From an uncultured delta proteobacterium (GTDB lineage: Bacteria; Myxococcota_A; Polyangia; Polyangiales; B10-G4): a stretch of 64,000 nt of DNA. The position numbers and the translations under genes are program-made. Positions 50,386 to 59,814 of the stretch are shown here, piece by piece (the stretch's first letter is position 1; the number at the start of each line of letters is the position of its first letter). Location: NCBI GenBank assembly GCA_963727445.1, contig CAVSGI010000013.1:288001-352000 (forward strand), in the 5' to 3' direction. Below the pieces are notes generated by a model. That model was not told the origin of the DNA, searched no databases, and saw nothing but the letters and a program-made list of their open reading frames with translations.

Positions 50386-52046
50386 TCGATCACGCGGGCG
50401 CCGCTGACGGTGGCGACGACGTCGTCGTAATCCGAGCCGTCGGGGCTCTCGTAGCGGCCGTCCATGGCGTCCGATGAGAAGGCGTCGACGCTGAGGTCGC
50501 CCCCCTCGTCGCGCGCGTCGACGACGCCCGAAAGGGTGATGTCGGTGCGGGAGAGATCCAGCGTGCGGAGCTCGGTTTCGATCGCATCGGCGATGTCCAT
50601 GAGCGCGTCCTGGCACACGACGCCAACGCACGTCGCGTCGCAGGCGGCGTCGATGACGGGCTCGGTGCCCGCCCAGCTGACGAGGGTCCCGCAACCGCCG
50701 CGGGCCTCGAGGAGGGAAGCGACGTCGTCGGCCCCGGCTTCGACCACCAGCGCATCGTCCAGCGCCACACCCAGGCTGCCGAGCGGGATGGTCGCCCCGA
50801 TCTCGTCGATGGAGATGGCGTCCGCCTCGGGCATCGGCGTGTAGGCGAGGCGCCCGCCGACCGTCCCCAGCGCGGTCAGGTCCACCACCAGCGACGGCAT
50901 GGAAGAGGTCGCGTCTCCGGTCGAGACGCTGACCACCTCGAAGCTGGGATCGGTGGCGTGGAGCGTGACCCGCCCGTCGATCGCCAGGCGCGCCGCGCGC
51001 GCCCGGAGCTCCTCGGAGAGCGCATCGACGGCGCGCGTCGGACCGCTCATGTCCGTCGTGAGGCTCGCGCTCAGGCCGTCGTCGAGGAAGGCGCTGACGC
51101 GCTCGGAGGCGACCGAGTCGGCGGCCATCGTATCGCCCCCGTCCCTGAGATGCTGCTCGAGGCGGTCGAGGAAGAAGGTGGCGTCGCCACCCCCCCCTTC
51201 GACGAGTGAACGTCCGCCGCGGGTCACGGCGCGGGAGAGGGCTTGTGCCGCAGCCGCCGCGTCGACGTCGAGGAGCGTCGCGTAGGTCCCCATCGCCTCG
51301 AGGGGCAGGTCGCTCATCGTCACCGTGATCTCGGTGTCGACGTCAGCCTCGATCGCGACGCTGTCGGTGCAGCCCTGCGCGACGACGTCGCCCATCGGCC
51401 CGAGCCCGGACGCGGTGACGGCGTAGACGAGGCCCGCCGGGAGCGCGAGGAACTGGGCCTGCGTCTCGTCGGCGACGAGCGTCTTTTCGCGGTCGGCCTC
51501 ACCCGCGAGCACGTCTTCGTCGTCGCAGGTCATCCCGGTGAAGACACCGACGCGACGGGTTTCGACCCGCCGCGAGCCCATCCACTCGACGTTCACCACG
51601 AGCCCGCCGAAGCCCGCGTCGCTGACGGAGACCCCGATCAGGATCGGCGCCGCCCTGGGCGCGGTGACGCGCACGCTGAACGCGGAGGCGGTGGTGCCGG
51701 CCATCACCCGAAAGCCTGCCTCGCCGTTCACGTCGGTCTGCACGCTGAGCTCCGAGAGGCTCGCGTCGTTCGCGCGACCGACGAGCGCCAGCTCCACTGG
51801 CTCGCCCGCGATGGGGCTCCCATCCATCTCGCGATAGAGGATGCGGACCGACGCTTCGTCTCCGAAGAGGAGCGCGAGGTTGGAGTCGCCCACGACTTCG
51901 ATCACCGCCGTGGGGGTGGTGCTGCCGTCCGGTAGTCCGGAGTCCGAGCTGCCCGAGCTGCCATCGTCACAGCCCAGAGCGGGGAGCGCCGTGAGAGCGC
52001 AGACGAGGAGGAACCACCCCCCGCGTCCGACCTTAAGAAAGTGCAT
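50382..52046 (-). CDS. Hypothetical lipoprotein with Ig-like N-terminal domain
   Basis: ALGC lipobox; PIAGEPVEL..TDVNGEA. Confidence 0.7.
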   Translation of the reverse strand: MHFLKVGRGGWFLLVCALTALPALGCDDGSSGSSDSGLPDGSTTPTAVIEVVGDSNLALLFGDEASVRILYREMDGSPIAGEPVELALVGRANDASLSELSVQTDVNGEAGFRVMAGTTASAFSVRVTAPRAAPILIGVSVSDAGFGGLVVNVEWMGSRRVETRRVGVFTGMTCDDEDVLAGEADREKTLVADETQAQFLALPAGLVYAVTASGLGPMGDVVAQGCTDSVAIEADVDTEITVTMSDLPLEAMGTYATLLDVDAAAAAQALSRAVTRGGRSLVEGGGGDATFFLDRLEQHLRDGGDTMAADSVASERVSAFLDDGLSASLTTDMSGPTRAVDALSEELRARAARLAIDGRVTLHATDPSFEVVSVSTGDATSSMPSLVVDLTALGTVGGRLAYTPMPEADAISIDEIGATIPLGSLGVALDDALVVEAGADDVASLLEARGGCGTLVSWAGTEPVIDAACDATCVGVVCQDALMDIADAIETELRTLDLSRTDITLSGVVDARDEGGDLSVDAFSSDAMDGRYESPDGSDYDDVVATVSGARVIE

Positions 52047-52232
52047 TACCCCCGAAGTGTAGCCACCGAGCCAGCGCAGAGCCACCTCACCCCCTCGTGA
52101 AGCTCTCCTACATCCTCCCACCCGGGGCGAAGTTTTGCTACGTTCCGGCGCCCCATCCCGAATACGGCGGGAGCCCGAGCCGTTGGTGCACGGGCTGCCG
52201 AAGACGCGGCCTCTGCGGGGCAATCTCCAAAC

Positions 52233-53921
52233 ATGGCTTACTCCCTGACCATCGGGCTCCGCTATCTGCGCTCCAAGAAGCGATCGACGGTGTCCTTGAT
52301 CACCGTGATCGCCGTGGCCGGTGTCGCGCTCGGGGTGGGAGCGCTGCTCGCGGTGCTGAGCATCACCAGCGGTTTTCAGGACGCGTTTCGCGACAAGGTC
52401 CTGGGTGTCAACGCCCACGTCCTGGTGCTGAAGTACGGTCTCGACTTCGACGAGTACCGCGACGTCATCACCATGGCGGACGAGATGCCCGAGGTGGCCG
52501 GGGCCGCGCCCTTCGTCATCAACGAGATGATGTTGGCCAAGGGCGACCGCATCGGCGGCGTGCTGGTGAAGGGCGTGGACCCGGAGCTGATGCCGTCGGT
52601 GCTGGACCTGCCGAGTCAGATGGTGGCGGGTTCCCTCGACGGACTGCGGCGCCCCGACGCGCATCCGCCTCTGTCACCCGACGATCTCTCCGCCGGCGGC
52701 GATGCGATGGGCGAAGACCTCGACGACTACCTGCGCGGGCTCACCGGCGAGGGCGACGAGGAAGATGCGCCCGACGCGGGCGCGATGACCGAGGAGCAGA
52801 TGGAGGCGCTCCGGGATCGGATCGCGGAGACGGGCGGTGACGAGCCGCTGATCGTCGGCGACGAAGACGCGCCCGACGCGGCCGCGGAGTGGCAGCCCGT
52901 CTGGGAGACGGATCCCCAACTCGCGGGCGACGGCGAAGGCGACGAGATCGAGCCGCTCCCCGAGGTCGAGGTCCCCACCCTCGAGGAGATGCAGCAGGCG
53001 CTCTCCGAGCTGGACGAGGGCGAGGGGCTGCCCACGGACGACGCCGAGCGCGAGCTCTTCGAAGAGGAAGCCCGCGAGCGCGAGCAAGCCGAGGGTGTGG
53101 TCGATGCGCAGGACCTGCCCGGCGTGGTGGTCGGCAAGACGCTGGCCGCGAACCTCGGTCTCGAGATCGGCGACCGCGTGCGGGTCATCTCGCCCCTCGC
53201 CGGCCTCGACACGAGCCTCTGGGCGCCCAACGACCGCACGCCGCGCAGCCGCGAGTTCCGCGTCATCGGCGTCTTCGAAGCGGGCTTTCAGGAGTACGAC
53301 AGCCGCCTGATCTACGTGGACCTCTACGAGGCGCAGTCCTTCTTCGATCAGGGAGACACGGTCACCGGCGTCGAGATGCGCTTGAACGACATCGACGCGG
53401 CGCCCGAGATCGCACGCAAGATCGAACGCGAGCTCGGCGGCGGTCCCTTCCACACGATGGACTGGGAGGAGCTCAACCGAAACCTCTTCACCGCTCTCGA
53501 GATTCAGAAGGTGATGCTGAGCCTGGTCACCTCCGCGATCATGGTGGTGGCGGCGCTGGTGGTGATCGCGACGCTGATCATCCTGGTACTCGAAAAGAAG
53601 CGCGAGATCGCGATCCTCAAGGCGATGGGCGCGAAGGACTTCAGCGTCCTCGGCATCTTCATGGTGCAGGGTCTGGTGATCGGCGCCTTCGGTACGCTCA
53701 TCGGGCTCTTGTTGGGCGGCGGGGCCGTCGCCTATCTCGACCTCTACCAATTCCCGCTCGATCCGAAGGTGTATCTGATCGACCACCTCCCGGTGCGGAT
53801 CAGCTCGTGGGAGTTCGTGCTGACGACCGGTGTGGCCTTCGCCATCTGCCTTCTGGCGACGCTGATCCCGAGCTGGTGGGCGGCGCGCCTGTTGCCAGCC
53901 GACGGCGTCCGCTACGAGTAG
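52233..53921 (+). CDS. LolC/LolE-family ABC permease with a large acidic insertion
   Basis: IGLRYLRSKK..GVALGV..SGFQ; EKKREIAILKAMGA; VYLIDHLPV; C-terminal VRYE. Confidence 0.88.
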   Translation: MAYSLTIGLRYLRSKKRSTVSLITVIAVAGVALGVGALLAVLSITSGFQDAFRDKVLGVNAHVLVLKYGLDFDEYRDVITMADEMPEVAGAAPFVINEMMLAKGDRIGGVLVKGVDPELMPSVLDLPSQMVAGSLDGLRRPDAHPPLSPDDLSAGGDAMGEDLDDYLRGLTGEGDEEDAPDAGAMTEEQMEALRDRIAETGGDEPLIVGDEDAPDAAAEWQPVWETDPQLAGDGEGDEIEPLPEVEVPTLEEMQQALSELDEGEGLPTDDAERELFEEEAREREQAEGVVDAQDLPGVVVGKTLAANLGLEIGDRVRVISPLAGLDTSLWAPNDRTPRSREFRVIGVFEAGFQEYDSRLIYVDLYEAQSFFDQGDTVTGVEMRLNDIDAAPEIARKIERELGGGPFHTMDWEELNRNLFTALEIQKVMLSLVTSAIMVVAALVVIATLIILVLEKKREIAILKAMGAKDFSVLGIFMVQGLVIGAFGTLIGLLLGGGAVAYLDLYQFPLDPKVYLIDHLPVRISSWEFVLTTGVAFAICLLATLIPSWWAARLLPADGVRYE

Positions 53922-53935
53922 CGCGGAGCGAGGCG

Positions 53936-53944
53936 TGATAGGGT
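53936..53944 (+). promoter_or_regulatory. Extended -10 candidate for the radical SAM operon
   Basis: TGnTAGGGT, followed by GGAGG at 53955. Confidence 0.35.
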
Positions 53945-53963
53945 CCCGCCGATCGGAGGGGCC

Positions 53964-54305
53964 TTGAAGATCGTCATGTACGTCCTGGCCGTGTTGGTCG
54001 GCCTTCTCGGTTTGGTCTTCGTCGCGGGGAACCAGGGCGAGGTGCTGCGCATCGTGGTCGGCGCGGTGTTGATCGCCGCAGCGATCGCCATGGTGGTCGC
54101 GGCGCGCATGCGCCCGCAGGTCACACAGCGGAACATCGTCCAGCGCATCGACGTGGGCGGTGACGTCCGCCTCGAAGAGCTGAAGTGCCAGAAGTGCGGG
54201 GCGACGCTCTCGAAGGAGGCGGTGACGGTGCACGAGGGAGCTGTGATGGTCGCGTGCCCCTACTGCCAGGCCAGCTACCAGATGGAGGAGGCGCCGAAAT
54301 GGTGA
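53964..54305 (+). CDS. Small two-TM protein with C-terminal Zn ribbon
   Basis: Two hydrophobic helices; CQKC..CPYC; stop overlaps the next start. Confidence 0.75.
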   Translation: MKIVMYVLAVLVGLLGLVFVAGNQGEVLRIVVGAVLIAAAIAMVVAARMRPQVTQRNIVQRIDVGGDVRLEELKCQKCGATLSKEAVTVHEGAVMVACPYCQASYQMEEAPKW

Positions 54306-55897
54306 TGCTCTTTTCGAACGTGGCGCGCGCCATCCAGAAGGACGTGGGCGCCTTCTTCGGAGCGGTGCGCGGCGAAGACGAGGTCCCCATCCCGCGCGGG
54401 CTGAACACCTACCCGTTCACCGGAAATGGTGGGCAGACGCGGCTGCATCTCCGCGTTCAGGACGACGGAACCGGCCTGCTCTTTCGCGATGTCACCGACG
54501 TCATCCACCTGACCACCACCGCCACCGAGATGATCTGGATGGCCCTCGAGGGCTGGCCGCCGCGCCGGGCGCTCGGCGCGCTCTCGCGGCGCTACCGGGG
54601 CACGCGCGGGGACTTCGCGGCGGACTACGCGCGGATGCAGCGAGTGGTGCAGGTGTTGTCGACGCCCTCCGCCAGCTGTCACACCTGCGCCCTCGAGCTG
54701 CCGCAGGTGCCGCTCTTCAGCCAGCGCGCCCGCGCGCCGCACAAGGTCGACCTCGCGCTCACCTACGCCTGCAACAACCGCTGCCCGCACTGCTACAACG
54801 ACCCGGAGCGCTTCGACATGCGCGCGCTGCCGGTCGACGATTGGAAGCGCATCCTCGATCAGCTCGCGGAGGTCGGCGTCCCGCACGTGATCTTCACCGG
54901 CGGCGAAGCCACCGTCTACAAGGGCCTCGAAGAGCTCATCGCCCACGCCGACCAGGCGGGGATGATGACCGGGCTCAACTCCAACGGACGGCGCCTCCGC
55001 GATCGCGCGTACGTCGAACGGCTTCGCGACGCCGGCCTCGACCACGTGCAGATCACCCTCGAGAGCCACCACGCCGCGGTGCACGACGCCATGGTCGGCG
55101 CCCGCGCCTGGGAAGAATGCGTGGCCGGCGTGCGCGCCTGCGTCGAGACCGAGGGCCTCCACGTCATCACCAACACCACCATCACGCGCGTCAACGCCGC
55201 CGAGATCGGCGAGACGGTGGAGTTCCTGGGCGACCTGGGCCTGAGCACCTTCGCGATGAACGGGATGATCTACTCGGGCGGCGGCGACGCGAACCCCGAT
55301 GCCATCCCCCAGGACGCCCTGCCCTCGCTCCTGATCGAGGTCCGCGACACCGCCGAGGAGCGCGGGCTGCGGTTCCTCTGGTACACGGTCACCGAGTACT
55401 GCGAGATGAACCCGGTCGAGCTCGAGATCGGGGCCAAGCGCTGTAACGCAGGCGAGTACTCGATGTGCATCGAGCCGAACGGCGACGTGCTGCCCTGCCA
55501 GAGCTACTACATCTCCGCCGGGAACATGCTTCGAGATCCCTGGAGCGAGATCTGGCGCGGCGAGCTCTTCCGCTCCTTCCGCGACCGCGAGGACGATCCA
55601 GCGTGGGCGGGGCTCCCCGACAAGTGCCACACCTGCCCGGACCTGCCGCTCTGCGGCGGGGGCTGCCGCATCGAGCGCGAGTCTGCGGCGGGCGTGGCCC
55701 CGGGCGGCTGTCAGAGCTGCGCGAGCGGCGGACTCACGACGGGACGCGGGATCCGCTCGACAGGCGTCAGCGCCGCGAGCCACTGCACCTGCGGCGAAGG
55801 AGAGAGCGCCGGAGCCGGATGCGCGAGCGATGTGCACCGCGCACCGATGGGTCTCGTCACCCTGCGCATCCCGGAGCGGACGGAGGTCTCGCGATGA
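54299..55897 (+). CDS. Radical SAM/SPASM protein with N-terminal PqqD/RRE-like domain
   Basis: RBS GGAGGAG at 54284; CNNRCPHC, FTGGE, NSNG; SPASM CNAG..EPNGDVLPC..CHTCPDLPLCGGGC. Confidence 0.92.
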   Translation: MVMLFSNVARAIQKDVGAFFGAVRGEDEVPIPRGLNTYPFTGNGGQTRLHLRVQDDGTGLLFRDVTDVIHLTTTATEMIWMALEGWPPRRALGALSRRYRGTRGDFAADYARMQRVVQVLSTPSASCHTCALELPQVPLFSQRARAPHKVDLALTYACNNRCPHCYNDPERFDMRALPVDDWKRILDQLAEVGVPHVIFTGGEATVYKGLEELIAHADQAGMMTGLNSNGRRLRDRAYVERLRDAGLDHVQITLESHHAAVHDAMVGARAWEECVAGVRACVETEGLHVITNTTITRVNAAEIGETVEFLGDLGLSTFAMNGMIYSGGGDANPDAIPQDALPSLLIEVRDTAEERGLRFLWYTVTEYCEMNPVELEIGAKRCNAGEYSMCIEPNGDVLPCQSYYISAGNMLRDPWSEIWRGELFRSFRDREDDPAWAGLPDKCHTCPDLPLCGGGCRIERESAAGVAPGGCQSCASGGLTTGRGIRSTGVSAASHCTCGEGESAGAGCASDVHRAPMGLVTLRIPERTEVSR

Positions 55898-57126
55898 CCA
55901 GCCCCCTCACCCACTTCTCCCGCGAGCGCGACGGTCAGGTCGCGCGCTATCACCTGCGCGTCGATCCCGACGGCTCGGGGATCCTCCTCGCCAACGCTTC
56001 GGCCGCGCTTCGCCTCTCACAAACCGGCGTGATCATCGCCCGCGGGATCCTCGAAGGCGCGAGCCCCGGGCGCATCTCCAAGGACCTCGCGCGCAAGTTC
56101 GCGCACGTCGACCGATCGAAGGCGAGCCAGGACGTCGACCGCGTCGGCAAGGCGATCGACGACCTCGCCCGCCCGCGTGACGGGATCGCGCTGACCAGCC
56201 TCGACGACCCAGATGCCACGCTGCACCGGCGCGCGCTCTCGGCGCCGCTCTGCGCCGAGGTGGTCACGCCCTCGGCGGGTCGAGCGAAGGAGATCGTCCA
56301 CCGCCTCTGGGACATCGGCATTCCGCAGGTGCGCTTCGTGCTTCCCGTGGGCCACAACGCCGGCCATCTCGTTCACCTGGTAGAGGCGGCGGAGGACGTG
56401 GGGATGATCACCGGCGTGCGCGCGCGGGCGTCGGACCTGATGCCGGAGACCGTGGTCCGCGGCCTGGCCATGGCGGGGCTCGACCACCTCGACCTGCTCT
56501 GGAGCGGTGTCGACCCGCAGATGCACGAGGACCTCTTCGGCGAAGGGGACCTCGCGCATGCGGAGAGGCTCCTCGCGCTCTGTCACGACCTCGAGCTCTT
56601 CCCGATCGCCGTCATGCCGTTGCTCGGGGCGATCCTCGACGATCTCGACGACCTGGGTCGCGTCCTCGCGAAGCATCGCATCGAGGCGCTGGTGGCTTAT
56701 GCCATCACCGACGAGGACGGGCAGGGTCGCGCACTGTCGAGCATCGAGCTCCCACAGGTGGCGACCAGCCTCGAAGAGGTGGCCGAGCACGGCAACATCA
56801 ACCTCGTATGGGCGGCGCCGGAAGAGCGCGACCCGTCGATCACGCTGGTGGAGCAGGTCGCGGCCGGACCGCGCGCCGCGGGCGAGGCCTGCATCCGCAT
56901 CGAGGCCGACGGGCGGGTGATCGCGCCCAACGGGCCGGCGACGATGGCGGGCAACCTCTTCGACGATCCCTGGGAAAAGATCTGGCAGGCCCCGATCTTC
57001 CACCACTGGCGCACGTCGGTGGACGATCCGCCGCGGTGCACGATGTGCCCGGGGCTCGCCCTCTGCGCCGCCGGCTGCCCGAAAGACCGCGCGACCTGGG
57101 CCACCCTTTCTGGAGGTGAGAAGTGA
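55894..57126 (+). CDS. Degenerate radical-SAM-like paralog (RRE-like + TIM-like + partial SPASM; no CxxxCxxC)
   Basis: ATGA overlap; HLRVDPDGSGIL matches HLRVQDDGTGLL of the neighbour; ends CTMCPGLALCAAGCP. Confidence 0.8.
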   Translation: MTSPLTHFSRERDGQVARYHLRVDPDGSGILLANASAALRLSQTGVIIARGILEGASPGRISKDLARKFAHVDRSKASQDVDRVGKAIDDLARPRDGIALTSLDDPDATLHRRALSAPLCAEVVTPSAGRAKEIVHRLWDIGIPQVRFVLPVGHNAGHLVHLVEAAEDVGMITGVRARASDLMPETVVRGLAMAGLDHLDLLWSGVDPQMHEDLFGEGDLAHAERLLALCHDLELFPIAVMPLLGAILDDLDDLGRVLAKHRIEALVAYAITDEDGQGRALSSIELPQVATSLEEVAEHGNINLVWAAPEERDPSITLVEQVAAGPRAAGEACIRIEADGRVIAPNGPATMAGNLFDDPWEKIWQAPIFHHWRTSVDDPPRCTMCPGLALCAAGCPKDRATWATLSGGEK

Positions 57127-58991
57127 TGCGCCGCCTCTCGACTTGGGCCGCCCTCACGGCCGCGACGATCGTGCTCCTCTTCCCGGCGCTGGCGACGGCT
57201 CCTGCCGCTGCGCAGACCTATGCGTTCTCCGTCCCGCAGGTGACGATGGAGTGCAGGGTCAACACCGACGCCTCGGTGCGCATCCACTACATCATCGAGT
57301 TCGAGAACAGCTCCTACGGCTCGCCCATCGACGTGGTCGACGTGGGGCTTCCCCACGACGATTACCGAATCTCGAACATGCGGGCGTCCCTCGACGGCGT
57401 GGAGACGCACGCCATCGCACCCTCCACCTACATCGACACCGGCGTCGAAGTGCACATCGGCGCCGGGATCCCGGCCGGGGCCCGCGGCGTCTTCGAGTTC
57501 ACGACGACCATGCCGGATCTCGTATTCTCGGACACGACCGACGATGCGCTGGCGTCGATACGCATCACGCCCACCTGGTTCGATGGAGCCCTCGTCACCG
57601 GCGACACCGATCTGCGCATCGCCATCGAGCTGCCGCCGGGCGTGAACGCCGAAGAGGTCCTGAATCAGGGCACGCCGTTCTACAACAAGGCCGACCTCGA
57701 CGATCACGCGCTTGTCGGCTTCCGCTTCGAGCACACGCGCTTCACCGAGGCGCACATGGTCGGCATCTCCTTCCCGCGCCGAGTGATGAGCCGCGTGGTG
57801 GAGATCACCAAGTGGGACCTCCTCGTGAAGTGGTGGGAAGACAACCCGAAGGTCCGCGTCATCGCCGGCATCCTGATGCTGCTGGTGTCGCTCCTCTTCT
57901 TCATGCGCTTCACCGGCTTCACCGGCTGGTCGGTCTTCATCTTCCTCGCAGGCGTGGTGGGGGTGCTCTGCTACTTCGCGCCGTTGGTGCAGCTGGTTCT
58001 GATCCCGGTCATCCCGGTGGTCGGCGCGCTCCTCGAATGGCGCACGCAGCGGAGAAAACGGACGTACCTGCCGCCCATCGCCTCGGTGGAAGGCGGCGGG
58101 ATCAAGCGCGGGCTCACCGCGCCCGAGGCCGCGGTGCTCCTCGAGCTGCCCCTGGGCCGGGTGCTGACGCTGGTCGTCTTCGGGATGCTGCGGAAGCGCC
58201 TGTTGATCCAGCAGAACCTCAAGCCGCTCACCGTGAGCATCGTCCCTGCCATCGCCCAGGCCAAGAAGCACAAGGCGCGGCGGCGGGCGGCGGCTCAGGC
58301 CGGGCTGGTGATCCACGCCTATGAGCACGCCTTCCTCGACGCCATCGACGACAGCCGCGGCCTCTCGGTGAACGAGGTCGACTTCGGCGCGGCGATGAAG
58401 AAGCTCGTCGAGCACGTCGCGGAGCGCGTGCTCGGCTTCGACGTGGACCAGACGAAGAAGTACTACCGGTATCAGATCCAGCGCGCGTGGACCGAGGCCG
58501 AGGCCATCGGCGAGCTAGACATGCGCACCAAGAAGGTCGACGAGAAGCTCGAGTGGTTGCTCATGGACGACGACTACGACGACCGCTTCTCGAGTTGGGG
58601 GACGGGCGGCTACTGGTACCGGCCCACCTGGGGCTACGTCCACACGGGCGGCGGCGTCGATCTCGGCAGCGTCGCCGACGCAGCGGCGTCCGCCGGCGGG
58701 GGCGCCATCGACCACACGCAGACGAGCTTCGGCGACGTGGCGGCGGGCTTCGCCGGGTGGACCGAGCGCGTCACCGGCCAGCTCTCGAACGCCATCCGGC
58801 CGGGCGACGTGAACGCGGCGGCCGCCGGCGGCGTCATCGATCTCTCCGGCGCCGACAAGGTGACGGGCGAGGTCCTCGAAGCCTTCTTCTCCAACAGCGG
58901 CGGCGGTGGCGGAGGTGGCGGCGGCGGGGGCTGCGCGTGCGCCTGCGCCGGCTGCGCGTGCGCGTGCGCCTGTGCCGGCGGCGGCCGATGA
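57123..58991 (+). CDS. DUF2207-like membrane protein with C-terminal Gly10-(Cys-Ala)n tail
   Basis: Signal peptide; VNTDASVRIHYIIEFEN N-domain; three TM helices; LTAPEAAVLL; ends GGGGGGGGGGCACACAGCACACACAGGGR. Confidence 0.8.
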   Translation: MMRRLSTWAALTAATIVLLFPALATAPAAAQTYAFSVPQVTMECRVNTDASVRIHYIIEFENSSYGSPIDVVDVGLPHDDYRISNMRASLDGVETHAIAPSTYIDTGVEVHIGAGIPAGARGVFEFTTTMPDLVFSDTTDDALASIRITPTWFDGALVTGDTDLRIAIELPPGVNAEEVLNQGTPFYNKADLDDHALVGFRFEHTRFTEAHMVGISFPRRVMSRVVEITKWDLLVKWWEDNPKVRVIAGILMLLVSLLFFMRFTGFTGWSVFIFLAGVVGVLCYFAPLVQLVLIPVIPVVGALLEWRTQRRKRTYLPPIASVEGGGIKRGLTAPEAAVLLELPLGRVLTLVVFGMLRKRLLIQQNLKPLTVSIVPAIAQAKKHKARRRAAAQAGLVIHAYEHAFLDAIDDSRGLSVNEVDFGAAMKKLVEHVAERVLGFDVDQTKKYYRYQIQRAWTEAEAIGELDMRTKKVDEKLEWLLMDDDYDDRFSSWGTGGYWYRPTWGYVHTGGGVDLGSVADAAASAGGGAIDHTQTSFGDVAAGFAGWTERVTGQLSNAIRPGDVNAAAAGGVIDLSGADKVTGEVLEAFFSNSGGGGGGGGGGGCACACAGCACACACAGGGR

Positions 58992-59055
58992 CGCATTCGC
59001 GTCCACTTTGGGCCCCAGGCCCAAATTGAACACGAATGCCGCGATCCGATCACAC

Positions 59056-59814
59056 ATGGCCGATATGAGCGAAGGCGCGCCGCCCAGCATCCCGCCAGAG
59101 TCGGTCCTTCGCGCCCAGGACGCGCTGATCGCGCCGATGCGCTCGCGCATCCTGCGGCGCATCGGCATCGGCCACCGCGGGCCCGTCCTCGACCTCGGCG
59201 CGGGGCCGGGGGTGGTGAGCGCGGAGCTGTTGCGGCGGAGCCGCGGTCCGGTGGTCGCCCTCGATCGCGATCCCATCGTGAAGAAGGCGCCCGCCGACGA
59301 GCGCGTCGTCGCCGACGCGACCGCCCTGCCCTTCGCCTCGGGCCGCTTCGCGCTCGTCTACGCGCAGTTCGTCTTTCTCTGGAACGACGCGGCGGCGCGA
59401 CGCCGCATCGCCGAGGAGATCGCTCGGGTGCTCTCACCGGACGGCGTGGTGGTGATCGTCGAGCCGGACTATCACGCCGCCATCGAGCACCCCCCCACCA
59501 TCGCCATCGCCCCGACCGCCGCCGCCGCCATCGCACGCGCGGGTGGGGTGCCCGACGTCGCCCGGCGCCTGCCGGCGGAGCTCTGTGAGGCGGGCCTGAC
59601 GGTGCGCATCGAGCAGAGCCCGGAGCTCGTCCCGCCCAATCCCGCGCGCTTCGCCGCGCTCGAAGGATTGCCGCTCACCGCCGAGGAGCAGGCGCGCATC
59701 GCGCAGGCGAAGAACGCTGACGCCGCGCTTCGCCCCGACGCCCGCTTCGCTCACGTACCGCTCTTCTTCTTCACTGCCGAGTCTGGGGCCTCGGGTCGAC
59801 GACGCGGCCCATGA
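59056..59814 (+). CDS. Class I SAM-dependent methyltransferase
   Basis: VLDLGAGPG, ADATALPF, RVLSPDG..VEPD. Confidence 0.85.
   Translation: MADMSEGAPPSIPPESVLRAQDALIAPMRSRILRRIGIGHRGPVLDLGAGPGVVSAELLRRSRGPVVALDRDPIVKKAPADERVVADATALPFASGRFALVYAQFVFLWNDAAARRRIAEEIARVLSPDGVVVIVEPDYHAAIEHPPTIAIAPTAAAAIARAGGVPDVARRLPAELCEAGLTVRIEQSPELVPPNPARFAALEGLPLTAEEQARIAQAKNADAALRPDARFAHVPLFFFTAESGASGRRRGP

Noticed and set aside
54299..55897. PqqE or mycofactocin (MftC) annotation
   Set aside because: No pqqA-D or mftA/B genes in the window; the shared architecture alone does not assign the pathway.
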